From assembly GCF_006345805.1 (NCBI RefSeq), contig NC_042997.1, positions 212,722,001-212,786,000 on the forward strand: a stretch of 64,000 nt of DNA. The letters run 5' to 3'. Numbering within the stretch: position 1 is the stretch's first letter; each line of letters opens with the position of its first letter. Source of the DNA: Octopus sinensis (lineage: Eukaryota). Shown piece after piece: positions 25,768-39,302 of the stretch. Under the pieces are notes generated by a model that worked only from the letters and a program-made list of their open reading frames with translations, had not been told where the DNA came from and did not search any database. The position numbers and the translations under genes were made by a program.

Positions 25768-28700
25768 ATCATCATCATCATCATCATCATCATTTTCCTC
25801 ATCCTCATCACCATTATTGTCGTCCTCATCCTCATCATGAACATCGTCGTTGTCGTACTAATCGTCACCATCATCATCATCATCATCATTTTCCTCATCC
25901 TCATCACCATTATTGTCATCCTCATCCTCATCATGAACATCGTCGTTGTCGTACTAATCGTCACCATCATCATCATCATCATCATTTTCCTCATCCTCAT
26001 CACCATTATTGTCATCCTCATCCTCATCATGATCATCGTCGTTGTCGTACTAATCATCACCATCATCATCATCATCACCATTTTCCTCATCCTCATCACC
26101 ATTATTGTCGTCCTCATCCTCATCATGATCATCATCGTTGTCGTACTAATCGTCACCATCATCATCATCATCATCATTTTCCTCATCCTCATCACCATTA
26201 TTGTCATCCTCATCCTCATCATGATCATCATCGTTGTCGTACTAATCGTCACCATCATCATCATCATCATCATTTTCCTCATCCTCATCACCATTATTGT
26301 CATCCTCATCCTCATCATGATCATCGTCGTTGTCGTACTAATCGTCACCATCATCATCATCATCATCATTTTCCTCATCCTCATCACCATTATTGTCGTC
26401 CTCATCTTCATCATGATCATCATCGTTGTCGTACTAATCATCACCATCATCATCATCGTCATCATTTTCCTCATCCTCATCACCATTATTGTCGTCCTCA
26501 TCCTCATCATGATCATCATCGTTGTCGTATTAATCGTCACCATCATCATCATCATCATCATTTTCCTCATCCTCATCACCATTATTGTCGTCCTCATCCT
26601 CATCATGATCATCGTTGTCGTATTAATCGTCACCATCATCATCATCATCATCATTTTCCTCATCCTCATCACCATTATTGTCGTCCTCATCCTCATCATG
26701 ATCATCATCGTTGTCGTATTAATCGTCACCATCATCATCATCATCATCATTTTCCTCATCCTCATCACCATTATTGTCGTCCTCATCTCATCATGATCAT
26801 CATCATCGTTGTCGTATTAATCGTCACCATCATCATCATCATCATCATTTTCCTCATCCTCATCACCATTATTGTCATCCTCATCCTCATCATGATCATC
26901 ATCGTTGTCGTATTAATCGTCACCATCATCATCATCATCATCATTTTCCTCATCCTCATCACCATTATTGTCGTCCTCATCTTCATCATGATCATCATCG
27001 TTGTCGTATTAATCGTCACCATCATCATCATCGTCATCATTTTCCTCATCCTCATCACCATTATTGTCGTCCTCATCCTCATCATGATCATCATCGTTGT
27101 CGTACTAATCATCACCATCATCATCATCATCATCATTTTCCTCATCCTCATCACCATTATTGTCATCCTCATCCTCATCATGATCATCATCGTTGTCGTA
27201 CTAATCATCACCATCATCATCATCATCATCATTTTCCTCATCCTCATCACCATTATTGTCGTCCTCATCCTCATCATGAACATCGTCGTTGTCGTACTAA
27301 TCATCACCATCATCATCATCATCATCATTTTCCTCAACCTCATCACCATTATTGTCTTCCTCATCCTCATCATGATCATCATCGTTGTCGTACTAATCAT
27401 CACCATCATCATCATCATCATCATTTTCCTCATCCTCATCACCATTATTGTCGTCCTCATCCTCATCATGATCATCGTCGTTGTCGTACTAATCATCACC
27501 ATCATCATCATCATCATCATTTTCCTCATCCTCATCACCATTATTGTCGTCCTCATCCTCATCATGATCATCATCGTTGTCGTACTAATCATCACCATCA
27601 TCATCATCATCATCATTTTCCTCATCCTCATCACCATTATTGTCGTCCTCATCCTCATCATGATCATCGTCGTTGTCGTACTAATCGTCACCATCATCAT
27701 CATCATCATCATTTTCCTCATCCTCATCACCATTATTGTCATCCTCATCCTCATCATGATCATCATCGTTGTCGTACTAATCATCACCATCATCATCATC
27801 ATCATCATCATTTTCCTCATCCTCATCACCATTATTGTCATCCTCATCCTCATCATGATCATCATCGTTGTCGTACTAATCATCACCATCATCATCATCA
27901 TCATCATTTTCCTCATCCTCATCACCATTATTGTCGTCCTCATCCTCATCATGATCATCATCGTTGTCGTACTAATCATCACCATCACATCATCATCATC
28001 ATCATTTCCTCATCCTCATCACCATTATTGTCGTCCTCATCCTCATCATGATCATCATCGTTGTCGTACTAATCATCACCATCATCATCATCATCATCAT
28101 CATTTTCCTCATCCTCATCACCATTATTGTCGTCCTCATCCTCATCATGATCATCATCGTTGTCGTACTAATCGTCACCATCATCATCATCATCATCATC
28201 ATTTCCTCATCCTCATCACCATTATTGTCATCCTCATCCTCATCATGATCATCATCGTTGTCGTACTAATCGTCACCATCATCATCATCATCATCATTTT
28301 TCCTCATCCTCATCACCATTATTGTCATCCTCATCCTCATCATGATCATCGTCGTTGTCGTACTAATCGTCACCATCATCATCATCATCATCATTTTCCT
28401 CATCCTCATCACCATTATTGTCGTCATCATCCTCATCATGAACATCGTCGTTGTCGTACTAATCGTCACCATCATCATCATCATCATCATTTTCCTCATC
28501 CTCATCACCATTATTGTCATCCTCATCCTCATCATGATCATCGTCGTTGTCGTACTAATCGTCACCATCATCATCATCATCATCATTTTCCTCATCCTCA
28601 TCACCATTATTGTCGTCCTCATCTTCATCATGATCATCATCGTTGTCGTACTAATCATCACCATCATCATCATCGTCATCTTTTCCTCATCCTCATCACC

Positions 28701-31700
28701 ATTATTGTCGTCCTCATCCTCATCATGATCATCATCGTTGTAGTACTAATCGTCACCATCATCATCATCATCATCATTTTCCTCATCCTCATCTCACCAT
28801 ATTGTCATCCTCATCCTCATCATGATCATCATCGTTGTCGTACTAATCATCACCATCATCATCATCATCATCATTTTTCCTCATCCTCATCACCATTATT
28901 GTCGTCCTCATCCTCATCATGAACATCGTCGTTGTCGTACTAATCATCACCATCATCATCATCATCATCATTTTTCCTCAACCTCATCACCATTATTGTC
29001 TTCCTCATCCTCATCATGATCATCATCGTTTTGTACTAATCATCACCATCCATCATCATCAATCATTTTCCTCATCCTCATCACCATTATTGTCGTCCTC
29101 ATCCTCATCATGATCATCATCGTTGTCGTACTAATCATCAACCATCATCATCATCATCATCATTTTCCTCCTCATCCTCATCACCATTATTGTCGTCCTC
29201 ATCCTCATCATGATCATCGTCGTTGTCGTACTAATCGTCACCATCATCATCATCATCATCATTTTCCTCATCCTCATCACCATTATTGTCATCCTCATCC
29301 TCATCATGATCATCATCGTTGTCGTACTAATCATCACCATCATCATCATCATCATCATTTTCCTCATCCTCATCACCATTATTGTCATCCTCATCCTCAT
29401 CATGATCATCATCGTTGTCGTACTAATCGTCACCATCATCATCATCATCATCATTTTCCTCATCCTCATCACCATTATTGTCGTCCTCATCCTCATCATG
29501 ATCATCGTCGTTGTCGTACTAATCGTCACCATCATCATCATCATCATCATTTTCCTCATCCTCATCACCATTATTGTCGTCCTCATCCTCATCATGATCA
29601 TCATCGTTGTCGTACTAATCATCACCATCATCATCATCATCATCATTTTCCTCATCCTCATCACCATTATTGTCGTCCTCATCCTCATCATGATCATCGT
29701 CGTTGTCGTACTAATCGTCACCATCATCAATCATCATCATCATCATTTTCCTCATCCTCATCACACATTATTGTCATCCTCATCCTCATCATGATCATCA
29801 TCGTTGTCGTACTAATCATCACCATCATCATCATCATCATCATTTTCCTCATCCTCATCACCATTATTGTCGTCCTCATCCTCATCATGATCATCATCGT
29901 TGTCGTACTAATCATCACCATCATCATCATCATCATCATTTTCCTCATCCTCATCACCATTATTGTCGTCCTCATCCTCATCATGATCATCATCGTTGTC
30001 GTACTAATCATCACCATCATCATCATCATCATCATTTTCCTCATCCTCATCACCATTATTGTCGTCCTCATCCTCATCATGATCATCGTCGTTGTCGTAC
30101 TAATCGTCAACCATCATCATCATCATCATCATTTTCCTCATCCTCATCACCATTATGGTCATCCTCATCCCATCATGATCATCATCGTTGTCGTACTAAT
30201 CGTCACCATCATCATCATCATCAATCATTTTCCTCATCCTCATCACCATTATTGTCATCCTCATCCTCATCATGATCATCATCGTTGTCGTACTAATCAT
30301 CACCATCATCATCATCATCATCATTTTTCTCATCCTCATCACCATTATTGTCATCCTCATCCTCATCATGATCATCATCGTTGTCGTACTAATCGTAACC
30401 ATCATCATCATCATCATCATTTTCCTCATCCTCATCACCATTATTGTCGTCCTCATCCTCATCATGATCATCATCGTTGTCGTACTAATCATCATCATCA
30501 TCATCATTTTCCTTCCTCATCCTCATCACCATTATTGTCGTCCTCCTCATCCTCATCAGATCATCATCATCGTTGTCGTACTAATCGTCACCATCATCAT
30601 CATCATCATCATTTTCCTCATCCTCATCACCATTATTGTCATCCTCATCCTCATCATGATCATCATCGTTGTCGTACTAATCATCACCATCATCATCATC
30701 ATCATCATTTTCCTCATCCTCATCACCATTATTGTCATCCTCATCCATCCTCATCATGATCATCATCGTTGTCGTACTAATCGTCACCATCATCATCATC
30801 ATCATCATTTTCCTCATCCTCATCACCATTATTGTCATCCTCATCCTCATCATGATCATCATCGTTGTCGTACTATCGTCACCATCATCATCATCATCAT
30901 CATTTTTCCTCACCTCATCACCATTATTGTCGTCCTCATCCTCATCATGATCATCATCGTTGTCGTACTAATCGTCACCATCATCATCATCATCATCATT
31001 TTCCCATCCCTCATCACCATTATTGTCATCCTCATCCTCATCATGATCATCATCGTTGTCGTACTAATCATCACCATCATCATCATCGTCATCATTTTCC
31101 TCATCCTCATCACCATTATTGTCGTCCTCTCCTCATCATGAACATCGTCGTTGTCGTACTAATCATCACCCATCAATCATCATCATCATCATTTTTCCTC
31201 AACCTCATCACCATTATTGTCTTCCTCATCCTCATCATGATCATCATCGTTGTCGTACTAATCATCACCATCATCATCATCATCATCATTTTCCTCATCC
31301 TCATCACCATTATTGTCGACCTCATCCTCATCATGATCATCATCGTTGTCGTACTAATCATCACCATCATCATCATCATCATCATTTTCCTCATCCTCAT
31401 CACCATTATTGTCGTCCTCATCCTCATCATGATCATCATCGTTGTCGTACTAATCATCACCATCATCATCATCATCATCATTTTCCTCATCCTCATCACC
31501 ATTATTGTCGTCCTCATCCTCATCATGAACATCGTCGTTGTCGTACTAATCGTCACCATCATCATCATCATCATCATTTTTTTTCCTCATCCTCATCACC
31601 ATTATTGTCGTCCTCATCCTCATCATGAACATCGTCGTTGTCGTACTAATCGTCACCATCATCATCATCATCATCATTTTCCTCATCCTCATCACCATTA

Positions 31701-32254
31701 TTGTCGTCCTCATCCTCATCATGATCATCATCGTTGTCGTACTAATCGTCACCATCATCATCATCATCATCATTTTCTCATCCTCATCACCATTATTGTC
31801 GTCCTCATCCTCATCATGATCATCATCGTTGTCGTACTAATCGTCACCATCATCATCATCATCATCATTTTCCTCATCCTCATCACCATTATTCTCGTCC
31901 TCATCCTCATCATGATCATCATCGTTGTGTCGTACTAATCGTCACCATCATCATCATCATCATCATTTTCCTCATCCTCATCACCATTATTGTCATCCTC
32001 ATCCTCATCATGATCATCATCGTTGTCGTACTAATCGTCACCATCATCATCATCATCATCATTTTCCTCATCCTCATCACCATTATTGTCATCCTCATCC
32101 TCATCATGATCATTGTCGTTGTCGTACTAATCGTCACCATCATCATCATCATCATCATTTTCCTTATCCTCATCACCATTATTGTCGTCCTCATCCTCAT
32201 CATGATCATCATCGTTGTCGTACTAATCGTCACCATCATCATCATCATCATCAG
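25768..32254. repeat. 78-bp tandem satellite (~83 units) built from degenerate (CAT)n
   Basis: Unit (CAT)7 TTT CCT CAT CCT CAT CAC CAT TAT TGT CRT CCT CAT CCT CAT CAT GAW CAT CRT CGT TGT CGT AYT AAT CRT CAC CAT, read directly. Confidence 0.97.
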
Positions 32255-32408
32255 CCCCTCATTGCCATCGTCTAGCGTTGGATTAAGTAGAGGAGGTAGA
32301 ATGGAAGACAGCTCCAGTTTGTTCCAGAATCTTAAAAACGATATTTCGGTTGAGTGAGGATTTCAGCTGAACTCACTCAAACTTACACTTGAGTGTGGAA
32401 TAAGATAG

Positions 32409-33177
32409 GAGAAGAAGATAGAAGAAGAAGAAGAAGAAGAAGAAGAAGAAGAAGAAGAAGAAGAAGAAGAAGAACAAGAAGAAGAAGAAGAAAAAGAAGA
32501 AAAAGAAGAAGAGGAAGAAGGAAGATTAGAAGAAGAAGAAGAAGAAGAAGAATTGGAAGAAGAAGAAGAAGAAGAAGAAGAAGAAGAAGAATGGAAGAAG
32601 AAAAAGAAGAAGAAGAGGAATTGGAAGAAGAAGAAGAAGAAGAATTGGAAGAAGAAGAAGAAGAAGAAGAAGAATTGGAAGAAGAAGAAGAAGAAAAAGA
32701 AGAAGAACAAGAAGAAGAAGAAGAAGAAGAAGAAGAATTGGAAGAAGAATTGGAAGAAGAATTGGGAGAAGAAGAAGAAGAAGAAGAATTGGAAGAAGAA
32801 GAAGAAGAAGAAGAAGAATTGGAAGAAGAAGAAGAAGAAGAAAAAGAAGAAGAACAAGAAGAAGAAGGAGAAGAAGAAGAAGAATTGGAAGAAGAATTGA
32901 AAGAAGAATTGGAAGAAGAATTGGAAGAAGAATTGGAAGAAGAAGAAGAAGAAGAAGAAGAATTGGAAGAAGAAGAAGAAGAAGAAGAAATGGAAGAAGA
33001 AGAAGAAGAATTGGAAGAAGAAGAAGAAGAAGAAGAAGAATTGGAAGAAGAATTGGAAGAAGAATTGGAAGAAGAAGAAGAAGAAGGAGAAGAAGAAGAA
33101 GAAGAAGAAGAAGAATTGGAAGAAGATGAAGAAGAAGAAGAGAATTGGAAGAATTGAGAAGAAGAAGTAGAAGAATT

Positions 33178-33208
<31 letters not shown>

Positions 33209-34287
33209 TTGGAAGAAGAAGAAGAGGAAGAATGGGAGAAGAAGAAGAAGAAGAAATTGGAAGAAGAGAAAAGAAGAAGAAGAAGAAGAATTGGAAGAAG
33301 AAGAAGAAGAGAAGAAGAATTGGAAGAAGAAGAAGAAGAAGAAGAAGAAGAAGAATTGGAAGAAGAAGAAGAAGAAGAATTGGAAGAATTGGAAGAAGAA
33401 TTGGAAGAAGAATTGGAAGAAGAATTGGAAGAAAAATTGGAAGAAGAAGAAGAAAGAAGAAGAAGAAGAGAGAAGAAGAAGAATTGGAAGAAGATTGAAG
33501 AAGAAGAAGAAAAGAGGAAGATAGAAGAAGAAGAAGAAGAGAAGAAGAAGAAGAAGAATTGGAAGAAGAAGAAGAACTAGAATTGGAAGAAGAAGAATTG
33601 GAAGAAGAAGAAGAAGAAGAAGAATTGGAAGAAGAAGAAGAAGAAGAATTGGAAGAAGAAGGAGAGGAAGATTTGGAAGAAGAAGAAGAAGAAGAATTGG
33701 AAGAAGAAGAAGAAGAAGAATTGGAAGAAGAAGAAGAAGAAGAAGGAGAAGAAGAAGAAGAATTGGAAGAAGAAGAAGAAGAAGAATTGGAAGAAGAATT
33801 GGAAGAAGAAGAAGAAGAAGAAGAATTGGAAGAAGAAGAAGAAGAAGAAGAAGAAGAATTGGAAGAAAAAGAAGAGGAAGAAGAAGAAGAAGAAGAATTG
33901 GAAGAAGAAGAAGAGGAAGAATTGGAAGAAGAAGAAGAAGAAGAAGTATTGGAAGAAGAAGAAGAAGAAGAAGGAGAAGAAGAAGAAGAAGAATTGGAAG
34001 AAGAAGAAGAAGAGGAAGAAGAAGAATTGGAAGAAGAATTGGAAGAAGAATTGGAAGAAGAAGAAGAAGAAGAAGAAGAAAAAGAGGAAGAAGAAGGAGA
34101 AAAAGAAGAAAAAGAGGAAGAAGAAGAAGAAGAAGAAAAAGAGGAAGAAGAAGAAAAAGAAGAAGAAGGAGAAGAAGAAGGAGAATTGGAAGAAGAAGAA
34201 CAAGAAGAAGAAGAAGAAGAAGAATTGGAAGAAGGAGAAGAAGAAGAAGAAGCAGAAGAAGGAGAAGCAGAAGAAGAAGAAAAAGAA

Positions 34288-34319
<32 letters not shown>

Positions 34320-35560
34320 ATTGGAAGAAGAAGAATTGGAAGAAGAATTGGAAGAAGAATTGGAAGAAGAATGGAAGAAGAAGAAGAAGAAGAAGAAGAA
34401 TTGGAAGAAGAAGAAGAAGAAGAAGAAGAAGAAATGGAAGAAGAAGAAGAATTGGAAGAAGAAGAAGAAGAAGAAGAAGAAGAATTGGAAGAAGAATTGG
34501 AAGAAGAATTGGAAGAAGAATTGGAAGAAGAATTGGAAGAAGTTGAAGAAAAAGAAGTAGAAGAATTGGAAGAAGGGGAAGAAGAAGAAGAAAAATTGGA
34601 AGAAGAAGAAGAGGAAGAATTGGAAGAAGAAGAAGAAGAAGAATTGGAAGAAGAAGAAGAAGAAGAAGAATTGGAAGAAGAAGAAGAAGAAGAAGAAGAA
34701 TTGGAAGAAGAAGAAGAAGAAGAATTGGAAGAATTGGAAGAAGAATTGGAAGAAGAATTGGAAGAAGAATTGGAAGAAAAATTGGAAGAAGAAAAAGAAG
34801 AAGAGGAAGAAGAAGAAGAATTGGAAGAAGAATTGGAAGAAGAATTGGAAGAAGAATTGGAAGAAGAAGAAGAAGAAGAGGAAGAAGTAGAAGAAGAAGA
34901 AGAAGGATAAGAAGAAGAAGAAGAATTGGAAGAAGAAGAAGAAGAAGAATTGGAAGAAGAAGAAGAAGAAGAAGAATTGGAAGAAGTAGAAGAAGAAGAA
35001 GAATTGGAAGAAGAAGAATTGGAAGAAGAAGAAGAAGAAGAATTGGAAGAAGAAGAAGAAGAAGAAGGAGAAGAAGAAGAAGAATTGGAAGAAGAAGAAG
35101 AAGAATTGGAAGAAGAATTGGAAGAAGAATTGGAAGAAGAATTGGAAGAAGAAGAATAAGAAGAATTGGAAGAAGAAGAAGAAGAAGAAGAAGAATTGGA
35201 AGAAAAAGAAGAGGAAGAAGAAGAAGAAGAATTGGAAGAAGAAGAAGAGGAAGAATTGGAAGAAGAAGAAGAAGAAGAAGAAGAAGAATTGGAAGAAGAA
35301 GAAGGAGAAGAAGAAGAAGAATTGGAAGAAGAAGAAGAAGAAGAAGAAGAAGAATTGGAAGAAAAAGAAGAGGAAGAAGAAGAAGAATTGGAAGAAGAAG
35401 AAGAGGAAGAATTGGAAGAAGAAGAAGAAGAAGAAGAAGAAGAAGAATTGGAAGAAGAAGAAGGAGAAGAAGAAGGAGAATTGGAAGAAGAAGAAGAGTA
35501 GAATTGGAAGAAGAAGAAAAAGAAGAAGAAGGAGAAGAAGAAGAAGAAGAATTGGAAGAA

Positions 35561-35592
<32 letters not shown>

Positions 35593-36642
35593 AGAACGGG
35601 AAGAAGAAGAAGAAGAAGAAGAAGAAGAAGAAGGAAAAGGAGGAGAAGAAGAAGAACGGGAAGAAGAAGAAGAAGAAGAAGGAGAAGAAGAAGAAGAAGA
35701 AGAAGAAGAAGAAGAATTGGAAGAAGAAGAAGAATTGGAAGAAGAAGAAGAAGAAGAAGAAGAGGAAGGAGAAGAAGAAGAAGAAGAATTGGAAGAAGAA
35801 GAAGAAGAAGAAGGAGAAGGAGAAGAAGAAGACTTGGAAGGAAGAAGAAGAAGAAGAAGAAGAAGAAGAAGAACGGAAAAAGAAGAAGAAGAAGATGGAA
35901 GAAGAAGAGACAAGAAGAAGAAGAAGGAGAAGAAGAAGAAGAGAATTGGAAGAAGAAGAAGAAGAAAAAGAAGAAGAAAGAAGAAGAAGAACGGGAAGAA
36001 GAAGAACGGAAGAAGAAGAAGAAGAAGAGAAGAAGAAGGAAAAGGAGGAGAAGAAGAAGAACGGGAAGAAGAAGAAGAAGAAGGAAGAAGAAGAAGAAGA
36101 AGAAGAAAAAGAAAAGAATTGGAAGAAGAAGAAGATTGGAAGAAGAAAAAAGGATAAGAAGAAAGAAGAAGAATTGGAAGAAGAAGAAGGAGAAGAAGAA
36201 GGAGAATTGGAAGAAGAAGAAGAAGTAGAATTGGAAGAAGAAGAAAAAGAAGAAGAAGGAGAAGAAGAAGAAGAAGAATTGGATGAAGAAGAAGAAGAAG
36301 AAGAAGAAGAACGGGAAGAAGAAGAAGAAGAAGAAGAAGGAAAAGGAGGAGAAGAAGAAGAACGGGAAGAAGAAGAAGAAGAAGAAGAAGAGGAATTGGA
36401 AGAAGAAGAAGAATTGGAAGAAGAAGAAGAAGAAAAGGAAGAAGGAGAAGAAGAAGAAGATGAATTGGAAGAAGAAGAAGAAGAAGAAGGAGAAGGAGAA
36501 GAAGAAGAATTGGAAGGAAGAAGAAGAAGAAGAAGAAGAAGAAGAAGAAGAAGAAGAACGGGAAGAAGAAGAAGAAGAAGAAGAATTGGAAGAAGAAGAA
36601 GAAGAAGAAGAAGAAGAAGGAGAAGAAGAAGAATTGGAAGAA

Positions 36643-36674
<32 letters not shown>

Positions 36675-37190
36675 AGAACGGGAAGAAGAAGAAGAAGAAG
36701 AAGGAAAAGGAGGAGATGAAGAAGAACGGGAAGAAGAAGAAGAAGAAGAAGGAGAAGAAGAAGAAGAAGAAGAAGAAGAAGAAGAAGAATTGGAAGAAGA
36801 AGAAGAATTGGAAGAAGAAGAAGAAGGAGAAGAAGAAGAAGAAGAATTGGAAGAATAAGAAGAAGAAGAAGAAGAAGAAGAAGAATTGGAAGAAGAAGAA
36901 GAAGAAGAAGAATTGGAAGAAGAAGAAGAAGAAGAAGAAGGAGAAGAAGAAGAAGAAGAAGGAGAAGAAGAAGAAAAATTGGAAGAAGAAGAAGAAGAAG
37001 AAGAACGGGAAGAAGAAGAAGAAGAAGAAGAAGAAGAAGGAAAAGTATGAGGAGAAGAAGAACGGGAAGAAGAAGAAGAAGAAGGAGAAGGAGGAGAAGA
37101 AGAAGAAGGAGAAGAAGAAGAAGACGAAGAAGAAGGAGAAGAAGAAGAAGAAGAAGAAGATAAGAAGAAGGAAGAAGAAGGAAGAAGAGA
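32409..37190. repeat. ~4.8-kb (GAA)n array punctuated by TTG, GGA, GAG, AAA and CGG triplets
   Basis: Direct reading; + strand is almost entirely purine. Confidence 0.97.
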
Positions 37191-37344
37191 GGTGCACGTT
37201 CAAAATTAGGAATAAGTTCAATGAGGATCTGGGAAGTGGTCAACTAACAATCTCTACAGATCTTGGTCTTCATGGAGCAACCATGTACATCTTTGAAATA
37301 TGATAGAGTATATATTTGTATATACTTATCACACACACACACAC

Positions 37345-37670
37345 ATCATCATCATCATCATCATTATTATCCCCATCAATTAACATCCATTTTCCATGCT
37401 GGCATGGGTGGGATGGTTTGACAGGAGGTGACAAGCTGAAGAGCTGTTCAGGCTCCAATGTCTGTTTTTGGAATGGTTTCTATGGCTGGATGCCCTTCCT
37501 AAAGCCAACCACTTCACAGAGTGTAGTGGATACTCTTTACGTGGCACCAGCACTTACAATCCTGCAAAATTAGGGATGCTCAGCTGGAGAGGGTTTCAAG
37601 GGATGAGTTTGTATGCAAGGGCAACCACGCTTTTGCTTGGCTTGACATGTCTTTTCAAGCAAGTCTTTTC
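37345..37670 (-). mobile_element. RTE 3'-end copy
   Basis: (CAT)n...TTTTCCATGCTGGCATGGG...GCTGGATGCCCTTCCTAA. Confidence 0.75.
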
Positions 37671-37789
37671 TCAAGTTCTAAATGTGAATTTGTGTTAACT
37701 ACATCCCAAAGATGGAACTTTGTATCTTTGTTGGAAACCGGTTCACTCCCTCAGTGGAAGATTTATAATGATTAAAAAAAGCGACAAAC

Positions 37790-38000
37790 ATATATAAATA
37801 TTCTTTGCATTTAGTTTCAAGTCTTCCAAAAAGAAATAATGTGTAATTTTGTTATTTCTGTTTCCTTGTAAACCAGTGAGATACCCTTCAGACTTCCTTA
37901 ACATGAATGACAAAAGGTTTACAGAAAGTATAAACAACTCCACAGACAGGCTGTCCCCTAGGAATATACCTCTCTCATACGGTATTCTATCAGTGAAAAT
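37790..38000 (-). mobile_element. R4-like RT fragment, inverted relative to the adjacent 3' part
   Basis: IPYERGIFLGDSLSVELFILSVNLLSF..NKITHYFFLEDLKL matches RT motifs RGIFQGDSLSP and HLLFMDDLKL. Confidence 0.8.
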
Positions 38001-39230
38001 ACAATGACAGAAACAAGGGGACAGAAGCTTAACATCAATCCAAACTCTGCCTTTCAATGTGGTATCATTTCGACAACATCTTTTAACCACCAAATGTCAA
38101 AGTGCATCCCTGGACCATATTTGCATACAAGAAGAGGCTGATAGCATCATAAGACTTGGAAGGCAGCTCATTGAGTAGCATTGCTTGTCTGATAACCTTA
38201 AATACTTGCCCAAACAAGTTGCATGTCTCTTCAGACGAAAGGATTTTATCAGTAGATCATGAATGGATATGTTAGTAGAAAGCTCCGGAATGATAGTAAC
38301 ATAGATCATCAAAGCAGTCTATTGTGGGCCAAGAATCAGATTGCTAACTCCCATTTTGAGGGATATGCTTGGCAATCCAGGCACAGTAAATATCAACCAA
38401 ATAACTGATGCTGAAAATGGACAAGGATGCAGGAAAAGCAGTAAAATGTGACAACCAATGCAGACATTGTGGGGTTAACATGGAAGATATCACCCACAGC
38501 ATAAGCAGCTGTCCAAAAATATCATCATGGTATTATCTACTGATGAGACATGATATTGTAACTAGGACTCTCTATAATGAAATCCATTGGAAGGATAGCC
38601 TGAGGCCAAAGAAATAAGAACCCACAGTATGGTAGAAGCCACAGCCACTCATAATAAAAATAAGTACTGGTTGAAATGTCCCAGTGAAAACCTCAATAAA
38701 ATGTAAGCACAACAGACCTGATGTAATGATTTGGAACAGAGACGAGAAACTGTGAACAGTTGTAGAAATTAGCTGCCCCATGGATGTTAACATAAAGAGA
38801 ACACCTATGCGGAACTATTGAGAAATCTGCAGTTACTCTGTCCAGATTACAAGTTCTGGTTTATACCTGTAATTATTGGGGCCCTGGAATATGTAACACA
38901 CTGCCTAAATACCAATCTTCAGAAATTAGGCTTCTCAAAATCTGAAAGGAGAAAGCTAATTGGAAGACTATAGATCCAATCCATCACTGGAACTGTAAAA
39001 ATCTGCAAAACTTTCCAGAAGTTTATCTTTTGAATATCTTTGAACATGTCTAGATATGTAACTATATGCAGGAGAATACATCTGTAAAACATACAAATCT
39101 GCATATATACATACATAAATACAAAAATATCCTATTAATGTTGAAATTCCAATGAGAGAGCCTTGGATCTAGTTTCTCTATTGGTAAAAAAATCTTGAAA
39201 TAAAATTAAATAATGACAAACATACATCCA
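38001..39230 (+). mobile_element. R4-like RLE LINE 3' part (family B)
   Basis: KQGDRSLTSI, CRHCGVNMEDITHSISSC, RHDIV, HNRPDVMIW..VVEISCP, QSITGTVKICKTFQKFIF*; the 3' UTR ends at CATACATCC. Confidence 0.85.
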
Positions 39231-39250
39231 TGCATTTATGCACGCACACG

Positions 39251-39286
<36 letters not shown>

Positions 39287-39302
39287 TGCACATACATACA
39301 TG

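Noticed and set aside
32255-32295. Weak resemblance of the satellite's right flank (minus strand TCCAACGCTAGACGATGG) to the RTE terminal motif
   Set aside because: Needs several gaps over ~40 nt; not enough to claim the 78-mer grew from an RTE tail.
32363-37243. 1626-aa and 1214-aa Leu/Ser/Phe ORFs and poly-Glu/Lys ORFs
   Set aside because: (TTC)n and (GAA)n have no stop codons in most frames; there are frequent frame switches and no non-repeat domain.
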